Part shown: positions 8,139 through 14,801 of the stretch, piece by piece
Position numbering within the stretch: the first letter of the stretch is position 1
How the letters are laid out: each line of letters starts with the position of its first letter
Source of the DNA: Sedimentisphaera cyanobacteriorum
Lineage (GTDB): Bacteria; Planctomycetota; Phycisphaerae; Sedimentisphaerales; Sedimentisphaeraceae
Direction: 5' to 3'
Assembly (NCBI RefSeq): GCF_001997385.1
Contig: NZ_CP019633.1
Location: forward strand, 60,001 to 92,000
DNA: 32,000 nucleotides
Made by a program: the position numbers and the translations under genes
The notes under the pieces: model-generated
Databases searched by the model: none
What the model was told of the DNA's origin: nothing
What the model saw: only the letters and a program-made list of their open reading frames with translations

Positions 8139-9968
8139 TTACTGAATAACGGAAATCGCTAAATCCACCTTGCCAAACGGCGCACTCACCGCAAGACCTG
8201 CTATTTTATCCCTTATAGCATCAATTGATTCTCTTGCTATTTCGATTCCCGTTTTAATAGCGTCTTCCTTGTTGTCCGCCTTGCCCATTCGTTCGATCAG
8301 CTCTTTAGGCACAACAATCCCGGGAACTTCATTTGCCATAAACTCAGCATTGCGTTTGCTGGTGAACGGCCATATACCTGCAATAACAGGGATTTCGAAG
8401 CCTTTAATAGCGTCTGTAAAGCGGAAGAACGTATCCAAATCGAACACGGGCTGGGTAACGCAGTATTCAGCTCCCGCCTCCACTTTCATTTTGTAACGCT
8501 CGATTTCTCTTTCGAAATCATTTGCACCCGGATTCACGCCAACCCCGATTGTCATTTTTGTGGCATCGGGCACCTCGCTGCCAGCGATATCACGGGAGGA
8601 ATTGAGCATTCTCGCCATCCTTGCCATACCGATAGCATCCACATCAAACACGCCTGTTGCATCCGGATAATCGCCCACTTTAGGCGGGTCGCCAGTAACA
8701 AAAAGCATATCGTTTATGCCCATAGAGGCTGCGGCGAGCATATCAGACTGAAGCGATATGATGTTCTTGTCCCTCGAGCATACGTGGAGGATAGGCGAAA
8801 TGCCGGCCTGCTTGATTCTTACAGCTGTTGCCAGGGCAGACTGCCTGAATGATGCACGCGGCCCGTCTGGGATATTTATAGCATCCACGCCGGCATCTCT
8901 GCATTTTTCGGCCTTCTCAGCAGTGGTCTCCAGCGAAATAGACCTCGGCGGGGTGATTTCCACGGTAGTTAGAAATTCGCCATTTGCCAGCTTCCTGCCC
9001 ACAAGGCTTCTCTCTTTGAGAGGAACAACGGGTTTCTCCTGCTCTTCATCCTGCCCGGATGCCTTAACGCTGTACACCCTTGCCTGCTGGTCTGCCTTTG
9101 AAACGCCTTTAACCGCCTTGGCGATCTCGCTTATGTGGGCGGGGGTAGTTCCGCAGCAGCCGCCGATAATATCAGCGCCCTTTTCATACATCCGCTTGGA
9201 GTATTCGGCCATATATTCCGGCGTGCACATATAAATGCTCCTCCCGTCAACGTTCTGAGGGAGGCCTGCATTCGGCTGTATGCAGAATGGCTTGTCTGTA
9301 AGGTCTCTGGTTTCATCGAGAAGCTCAAGCATATCCGAGGGACCCATACCGCAGTTGAACCCGCAGGCAAATACGTTTTCCCTTTCGGCTACTCGCGCAA
9401 GAGCGGATTTAATTCGCTCAGCCCCGCGCTCGCGCCAGTTCAGGGCAGGGCGGAGGGTTGCGATAATTTTCCTGTCTGTATTATCAGAAGCTGCATCCAG
9501 AGCCGCAAGCATGGCGTTTACATCTGCAAATGTTTCAAACACCAGAAGATCCACGCCGGCCTTATCAAGCGCAGCTATCTGCTCTGCATACGCCCTGCGC
9601 ACATCATCAAGATAGTTATCGCTCTCCGCAGCATCGCTTGCAGTGGAGGCAGAGCCCACAGACCCTGCCACAAGACTCTCGCCCGCACATTCACGAGCCA
9701 GCTCCGCTCCACGCATATTTATCTCTTCCACCTTGTCTGCAAGGCCGAAGCCGGCAAGCTTTATGCTGTTTGCCGCATAGGTGTTGGTTTCGAGGAAATC
9801 ACATCCCGCTGCGGCATACTCAGAATGGATTGCTTTGATTAGATCCGGTTTTGTGAGGTTTAGCTCCTCAAAGCAGGCATTGATGAAAACGCCCTTCTGA
9901 TACAGCATCGTACCAAAAGCACCATCCCCAATTACAACGCCTTTCTGTACTAAATCTTTTATAGGCAT
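8139..9968 (-). CDS. Bifunctional homocysteine S-methyltransferase / 5,10-methylenetetrahydrofolate reductase (B. subtilis YitJ-like fusion)
   Basis: 609 aa. AAGGAG lies upstream. The N-terminal Hcy-binding domain has GDGAFGTML, ETNTY, CIQPNAGLP and the zinc-ligand motif GGCCGTTPAHI. The C-terminal half looks like MetF/MTHFR (TTVEITPPRS...TGDPPKVGDYP...AGAEYCVTQPVFD). Confidence 0.85.
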   Translation of the reverse strand: MPIKDLVQKGVVIGDGAFGTMLYQKGVFINACFEELNLTKPDLIKAIHSEYAAAGCDFLETNTYAANSIKLAGFGLADKVEEINMRGAELARECAGESLVAGSVGSASTASDAAESDNYLDDVRRAYAEQIAALDKAGVDLLVFETFADVNAMLAALDAASDNTDRKIIATLRPALNWRERGAERIKSALARVAERENVFACGFNCGMGPSDMLELLDETRDLTDKPFCIQPNAGLPQNVDGRSIYMCTPEYMAEYSKRMYEKGADIIGGCCGTTPAHISEIAKAVKGVSKADQQARVYSVKASGQDEEQEKPVVPLKERSLVGRKLANGEFLTTVEITPPRSISLETTAEKAEKCRDAGVDAINIPDGPRASFRQSALATAVRIKQAGISPILHVCSRDKNIISLQSDMLAAASMGINDMLFVTGDPPKVGDYPDATGVFDVDAIGMARMARMLNSSRDIAGSEVPDATKMTIGVGVNPGANDFEREIERYKMKVEAGAEYCVTQPVFDLDTFFRFTDAIKGFEIPVIAGIWPFTSKRNAEFMANEVPGIVVPKELIERMGKADNKEDAIKTGIEIARESIDAIRDKIAGLAVSAPFGKVDLAISVIQ

Positions 9969-9979
9969 AACAATCTCCT

Positions 9980-10912
9980 TTACCTGTTTTCAGTGCAGTA
10001 ACTGCTTATTGCTGTCATAGCATCGCCGAGTTTTTCGGGGCTGCCGTCGAGTGCGGCAAACCTTCTTACCATATCTGTAAGGTTCTTGTCAGGCTCGGTT
10101 TTCAGCAGCTTCCCGCAAACGTTTACAATTCCTGCGTCCAAGCCGTATTCTAAGGCCACAGCGAGATACGCTGCTGCTATTGCATTTTTCGACCCCGGCA
10201 AATCGCGGAAGCAGTTGCTTACCCCGAGCGAGCAGCGGACGCCTTCAAACTTCGGATTGCCCTTAATGGCTCTAATTGTTTCGAATGCCAGCCACGTCCT
10301 TCCGGGCTGCCCGGGGTTCATCGGCAGGTCAATAGCCAGAGGGAATGCGGATGTATCGAAATACATTTCTTCGGGCTTAAAGCCGTATTCGATTGCCTTA
10401 TCGAATATCATTTCCGCTGTTGAAACGCTCTTTTCGAGGTCTTCTTCTGCGCTGCTGCCCTGTTCAATCATAATAAGAGCGATAAACACAAAGGGCTTTT
10501 CCCGAGACAGCTCGAAGAGCCTTTCCATACTATGCGGCTTAACAGAATTGATCATCGGTTTCCCTGCCGCTCCGGACTGCTCCCAAGCCTCAAGGCCGGC
10601 GATAAGCAGCTCGTCGTTGCTGCTGTCAACGCATACCGGCACTCCGCGGCTGTGCTCAGCAGTGAGCTGAACAAACTGACGCATCATCTCCTCGGCGCGG
10701 GCAGAATCCTCTGCGTAGAAGTCGTCCACATTCACTTCGATGTAGTCTGCTCCGTTTTCCGCCTGCTGGCGAATCTTCTCGCAGATCTTCTCAACTGCCT
10801 GCTCGCTTCCGGAAGCATTCTCGAACACAACCTTCATCACCCTGTTCATCGAGGGGATAGAGGCGTGCACAGATTCTCCGATTTTTATAATGTCTTTAAC
10901 TGAGTTAGTCAT
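9980..10912 (-). CDS. Standalone pterin-binding (methyl-THF) methyltransferase module, MetH pterin domain / AcsE-MtrH-like
   Basis: 310 aa. It aligns by eye to the E. coli MetH pterin-binding domain: IGE, ENGADYIEVNVD, VPVCVDSS, PMINSV, YFDTSAF, GVSNCFRDLPG and LDAGIVN. Its stop lies 11 nt before the next start, inside that gene's RBS. Confidence 0.8.
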   Translation of the reverse strand: MTNSVKDIIKIGESVHASIPSMNRVMKVVFENASGSEQAVEKICEKIRQQAENGADYIEVNVDDFYAEDSARAEEMMRQFVQLTAEHSRGVPVCVDSSNDELLIAGLEAWEQSGAAGKPMINSVKPHSMERLFELSREKPFVFIALIMIEQGSSAEEDLEKSVSTAEMIFDKAIEYGFKPEEMYFDTSAFPLAIDLPMNPGQPGRTWLAFETIRAIKGNPKFEGVRCSLGVSNCFRDLPGSKNAIAAAYLAVALEYGLDAGIVNVCGKLLKTEPDKNLTDMVRRFAALDGSPEKLGDAMTAISSYCTENR

Positions 10913-10986
10913 AGGTTATCTTACAACTCCTTTCATAGCAAAATAATGCAAAAATAAAGTAAGATAATACAAAGAAATAGCGAGGC

Positions 10987-11015
10987 AGTCTATAAACCTT
11001 CGGGTAATATGTCAA
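10987..11015 (-). promoter_or_regulatory. Candidate sigma70-like promoter for the pterin/Hcy-MTHFR pair
   Basis: On the minus strand: TTGACA (11015-11010), 17 nt, TAGACT (10992-10987). The region is AT-rich, so a chance match is possible. Confidence 0.3.
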
Positions 11016-11104
11016 GCCGGAGTTTCAATTTTATCGTTCTTTTTTCTTCAGCGGCATATATTAAGCCCCGAAACGGAAGGAAGATTATGAAAATACCCTT
11101 AACA

Positions 11105-11262
11105 AGAAAAACAGAAATTAAAAACAAACTAAAACCTCTTGAAGCAAGCCTATCAGCCATTAAACAAAGGTTTTACTCTTCGTTGAGAACAATGCAAGGA
11201 TAACTTTTTCAATTTCACTGAAAACACGGCAAAATTATAAAGTAATAACACTTGTTTTTGAA
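11105..11262 (-). promoter_or_regulatory. Candidate minus-strand leader or small RNA: promoter-like hexamers followed by a terminator-like hairpin
   Basis: On the minus strand: TTCAAA (11262-11257), 17 nt, perfect TATAAT (11239-11234). About 50 nt further on is a hairpin (11174-11165 pairs with 11141-11131, 10 bp with one bulge, 23-nt loop), followed by a U-rich run (AGUUUGUUUUUAAUUUCUGUUUUU). Confidence 0.25.
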
Positions 11263-11433
11263 AAGATTAGAAATTTCTGCATAATTTAAGGATAATCAAT
11301 CAGATTTTTGTTTCTGAGGACGTTTTTTTATAAAAAAAAGAAAGTTTAAGGAAATTGCGTAAAAAAAATACGGCTTATGCAATATACTTGTAAAGGCCAA
11401 TTATTTTCTTATTTTTAATTTAAAGGTTTAGAT

Positions 11434-13314
11434 ATGAACAGAAGGCATTTTGTAAAAAGCTGCGGACTCGGAGCTTTCCTCGCGGCTTCAGGAGTAAATT
11501 TATTTGCCGCTGAGAACGACAGACCAAACATTCTCTGGCTTACCAGCGAAGACAACAGCCCTTATCTGGGCTGCTACGGCGATGAAAACGCCAAAACACC
11601 CAATCTCGACAAGCTCGGCTGCAACGGTGTTCGATTCAGAAACGCATTCGCAAACGCGCCGGTATGCTCTGTGGCAAGGTCAACACTTATTACAGGTATG
11701 TATGCCTCATCCCTTGGACTTCAAAACCACAGAAGCAGCGTGGAGATTCCCAGAGGCCTGAAAACCTACGGTGAGCTCCTCCAGCAGGCGGGCTACTACT
11801 GCACAAACAACAAAAAAACAGACTACAACTTCCCTTGGAGCGACAGAAACGTTTGGGATAAGAGCAGCTGGAATGCTCATTACAAAAACAAACCAGCAGG
11901 CAATCCGTTTATGGCGGTTTTCAATACGACCATCTCCCACGAGGGGCAGATAACCGACGCAAGAGTTAAGCAGAGGCGGGATAAAGGGCTAATACCGAAA
12001 ACCCCGAGGCTCGGCCTCTCTGAGGTGAAGCTCCCTCCTTATTACCCGGACACCGAGGAAATACGATACAACGTTGCGGTTTACTACGACAATATGACGC
12101 TTATGGACAAGTGGATCGGGGATAAGCTCGAAGAGCTCAAGAAATCCGGCGAGGCGGAAAACACCATCATCTTCTACTACGGCGACCACGGCGGCGCACT
12201 GCCTCGAGGCAAGCGAAATATCCACGACTCAGGAACGCGGGTGCCGTTTATCGTGTATTTCCCCGAAAAATGGAAGCATCTGGCTCCAGTAGAGCCCGGG
12301 CAGTGGTGCGAGGATGTTGTAACGTTTGCAGATTTTCCCGCCACGGTTCTGAGCCTTGCGGGCGTTAAGCCGCCGGAGAACTACGAAGGAAGGGCTTTTC
12401 TCGGGAAGTATAAACAGCCAAAACGCGATTATGCCTATCTCTACAGAAACCGTATGGATGAGCGATACGATGCAGTACGTGCCGTGCGAACTGAAAAATG
12501 GCGATATATACGCAATTTCTCACCGCACCGCCCATGGGGGCAGCAGTACGGATATCCTTTCCGTGTGCAGAATATTATGGGGCTCTGGTACGAGCAGTAC
12601 AAGCAGGGCAAATGCAGCTGGCAGGAAGCCAGATACTGGCAGAAAAAGCCGGGCAGAGAGATGTATTTCATTCCCGACGACCCTCATGAGATGAACAATC
12701 TTGCTTACAGTGTTGAGTATGTATCAAAGCAGAGAGAGCTCGAGGAAAAGCTGAAAAATGAGATTGTAAAAACAAGGGATACAGGATTTATACCCGAAGG
12801 TATGTTCGAGGGGCTCGCAGAAAAATACGGAACGATTTACGATTTTGCTCAGTCTAAGGATTATCAGATTCAGCGTATTGCTGAGATAGCCGAAATCGCC
12901 TCAGACGGCGATCCTGAGAAGATGGCAGTTCTCGAGATGGCATCAGGGGATAAATGCCCGATAATCAGGTACTGGGCGGCAACAGGCTATCTGATTCTCG
13001 GCAAAAAAGCCCGTCCGCATATACAGACAATCCAGAAACTGCTCAAGGATGAAAGCCTTGATGTGCGTATTCCGGCAGCAGAAACCCTGCTTCGATTCGG
13101 CGAAAACAGCGAAGCCGCCGAAACGCTCAAAGATGCCTGCCATGCGGAGAATTATTATCACCGCCTCGCAGCGGCCAACAGTGTGCAGCTGCTCTTCCTT
13201 GAGGGGTTTATGGATAAAGCCAAAACGCTCAGCCTTATGCAGAACCTGCCCGAGAAAAAAGCCGGCGGGCCGGACTGGGTGAATAAAATCTGCAGCCAGA
13301 TTAAATCAACCTAA
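11434..13314 (+). CDS. Tat-exported sulfatase (S1 formylglycine-dependent family) with a C-terminal HEAT-repeat region
   Basis: Twin-arginine signal MNRRHFVKSCGLGAFLAASGVNLFA. Sulfatase core NILWLTSEDNSPYLGCYGD and the active-site region NAPVCSVARSTLITGMY. YYGDHGG is present. The C-terminal ~130 aa look like HEAT repeats (IIRYWAATGYLILG, DVRIPAAETLLRFG). Confidence 0.9.
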   Translation: MNRRHFVKSCGLGAFLAASGVNLFAAENDRPNILWLTSEDNSPYLGCYGDENAKTPNLDKLGCNGVRFRNAFANAPVCSVARSTLITGMYASSLGLQNHRSSVEIPRGLKTYGELLQQAGYYCTNNKKTDYNFPWSDRNVWDKSSWNAHYKNKPAGNPFMAVFNTTISHEGQITDARVKQRRDKGLIPKTPRLGLSEVKLPPYYPDTEEIRYNVAVYYDNMTLMDKWIGDKLEELKKSGEAENTIIFYYGDHGGALPRGKRNIHDSGTRVPFIVYFPEKWKHLAPVEPGQWCEDVVTFADFPATVLSLAGVKPPENYEGRAFLGKYKQPKRDYAYLYRNRMDERYDAVRAVRTEKWRYIRNFSPHRPWGQQYGYPFRVQNIMGLWYEQYKQGKCSWQEARYWQKKPGREMYFIPDDPHEMNNLAYSVEYVSKQRELEEKLKNEIVKTRDTGFIPEGMFEGLAEKYGTIYDFAQSKDYQIQRIAEIAEIASDGDPEKMAVLEMASGDKCPIIRYWAATGYLILGKKARPHIQTIQKLLKDESLDVRIPAAETLLRFGENSEAAETLKDACHAENYYHRLAAANSVQLLFLEGFMDKAKTLSLMQNLPEKKAGGPDWVNKICSQIKST

Positions 13315-13370
13315 TCCACGCTGTAAAAAAGGGAAAGCAAAAGCGTTTTCCCTAAATCTCAAGTCAATGC

Positions 13371-13402
13371 AAAAGAGACGCCTTATTTGGCGTCTCTTTT
13401 TT
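13371..13402. terminator. Bidirectional rho-independent terminator
   Basis: AAAAGAGACGCC (13371-13382), loop TTATTT, GGCGTCTCTTTT (13389-13400), then TT. This is a perfect 12-bp stem with A/T runs on both sides, between the convergent stops at 13314 (+) and 13442 (-). Confidence 0.85.
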
Positions 13403-13441
13403 CTGCTCAAGAGGAAAATCAATTTCTTGCCGGATGGTTTG

Positions 13442-14530
13442 TTAGCCTCGGCTTACCTTATCGGCTATCATATCGCCCACTTCGCTTGTGGAAAAGCCCA
13501 TCTTCCCGGCTGCCATGCTCTCGAGTTTCTCGGCTGTCGCCCATTTAACAGCATTCTCGATATCCTCGCCTGCGTTGCTTTCCCCGAGCGTTTCGAGCAT
13601 CATTGCGCCGGAGCATATTGCTGCAAGCGGGTTGATCTGTCCGAGGCCGGTAAATGCGGGGGCTGTTCCGCCGATTGGTTCAAACATACTCACGCCTTCA
13701 GGGTTGATATTTCCGCCTGCTGCTATTCCGAGCCCGCCCTGTGTGGCGGCGCCGAGGTCTGTAATGATATCGCCGAACATATTGCCCGTTACAACTACAT
13801 CAAATATCTCGGGGCACTGAACCATATATATGCAGGCTGCATCAACGTGGTAGTATTCCCGCTTAACATCGGGATACTCAGCCTCGCCTATCTCGTTGAA
13901 TGCCCTGTTCCAGAGTCCGTAAACATACGTCAGCACGTTCGTTTTGCCCACTAAGGCAAGTGTATTATCCTCGCCAACGCCTCTGGATTTCTTGCCGTTT
14001 TTGCGTGCATACTCAAATGCAAAACGCAGGCACCGCTCCACCTGAAAACGTGAATACACATTCGACTGCACTGCAATTTCGTTTGCTGTGCCGGTTAGGG
14101 TATTGCCGCCTGTGCCGGTGTAAACCCCGCCGGTATTTTCACGAACGACCACATAATCTATCTCATCAGGGCCTTTGCTCTTGACAGGGCTTTCTACACC
14201 CGGATAAAGCTTTACAGGGCGAAGGTTTATATACTGATCGAGGCCGAATCTCGCCTTGAGCAAAACGCCTTTCTCCAGAATCCCAGGGGCAATATCAGGT
14301 CTTCCGATCGCTCCGAGAAGGATTGAATCATAGCCCTTAAGCTCTGCGAGGGTTTCATCGGACAGGGTTTCCCCTGTCCTGAGATAACGCTGACCGCCGA
14401 GATCGAATTCGGTTGTCTTTATCTCAAAGTTGTGTTTTCCTGCCGCCGCCTGTATAACCTTCAAGGCCTCCGCTGTTACTTCAGGGCCTGTCCCGTCGCC
14501 CGGGATCACTGCAATATTCAGCTTGTTCAT
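13442..14530 (-). CDS. Isocitrate/isopropylmalate dehydrogenase-family enzyme (3-isopropylmalate dehydrogenase or tartrate/D-malate dehydrogenase type)
   Basis: Motifs: NIAVIPGDGTGPEV, YVVVRENTGGVYTG, NMFGDIITDLGA and GGLGIAAGGNINPEG. I prefer the ATG at 14530 (MNKLNIAV..., GGAG 7 nt upstream) over the track's TTG at 14542. Confidence 0.85.
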   Translation of the reverse strand: MNKLNIAVIPGDGTGPEVTAEALKVIQAAAGKHNFEIKTTEFDLGGQRYLRTGETLSDETLAELKGYDSILLGAIGRPDIAPGILEKGVLLKARFGLDQYINLRPVKLYPGVESPVKSKGPDEIDYVVVRENTGGVYTGTGGNTLTGTANEIAVQSNVYSRFQVERCLRFAFEYARKNGKKSRGVGEDNTLALVGKTNVLTYVYGLWNRAFNEIGEAEYPDVKREYYHVDAACIYMVQCPEIFDVVVTGNMFGDIITDLGAATQGGLGIAAGGNINPEGVSMFEPIGGTAPAFTGLGQINPLAAICSGAMMLETLGESNAGEDIENAVKWATAEKLESMAAGKMGFSTSEVGDMIADKVSRG

Positions 14531-14568
14531 ATATTTCTCCAATGATTATGTTTGTTGATTTTCCGGCA

Positions 14569-14596
14569 ATTATATATGCAAAAGCGTTTGGTGCAA
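14569..14596 (-). promoter_or_regulatory. Candidate promoter for the dehydrogenase gene
   Basis: On the minus strand: TTGCAC (14596-14591), 16 nt, perfect TATAAT (14574-14569), about 40 nt upstream of the ATG at 14530. Confidence 0.4.
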
Positions 14597-14717
14597 TAAC
14601 CTCGGCCAAACGCAGAATTCCTTGAATGGGCTTTGAAAAGGCGAATCAGGGCAGGTTGAAGCGAGTATTATATTAGTTTAACATTCCCTAAAAGCTTGTT
14701 GAGGGCTTAGAATTTCC

Positions 14718-14746
14718 TTGACAAACCACCGGAATGTTCTTATTTC
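14718..14746 (+). promoter_or_regulatory. Candidate topA promoter
   Basis: Perfect TTGACA (14718-14723), 17 nt, weak -10 TATTTC (14741-14746), about 55 nt upstream of the topA ATG. Confidence 0.3.
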
Positions 14747-14801
14747 TCTGCCCTTAAAAAACTTTTCAGGCCTAAAAAGGAAGGGCATTTAGCTTTCTAT
14801 T

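Noticed and set aside
9135-9842. A 235-aa plus-strand ORF, plus 9280..9615 and 9530..9838, lie inside the Hcy-MT::MTHFR gene.
   Set aside because: They are antisense to a gene with strong family motifs. The products are Arg/Cys/His-rich, as expected for an out-of-frame reading.
11009-11203. A 64-aa plus-strand ORF lies in the AT-rich intergenic region.
   Set aside because: It has no RBS, a Lys/Ser-rich composition typical of AT-rich non-coding DNA, and it overlaps the promoter and hairpin candidates on the other strand. A tiny protein cannot be excluded.
13367-13954. A 195-aa plus-strand ORF overlaps the 3' half of the dehydrogenase gene.
   Set aside because: It starts inside the bidirectional terminator and runs antisense to a well-conserved dehydrogenase. 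The product is Cys/His-rich nonsense.
14584-14613. An 8-bp hairpin GCGTTTGG...CCAAACGC followed by TTTT on the minus strand, upstream of the dehydrogenase gene, could be a leucine-type attenuator.
   Set aside because: On the minus strand the hairpin lies upstream of the perfect TATAAT (14574-14569), and the best -35 candidate (14596-14591) falls inside it. It therefore most likely lies upstream of the transcription start and would not be transcribed. No leader peptide ORF is present.
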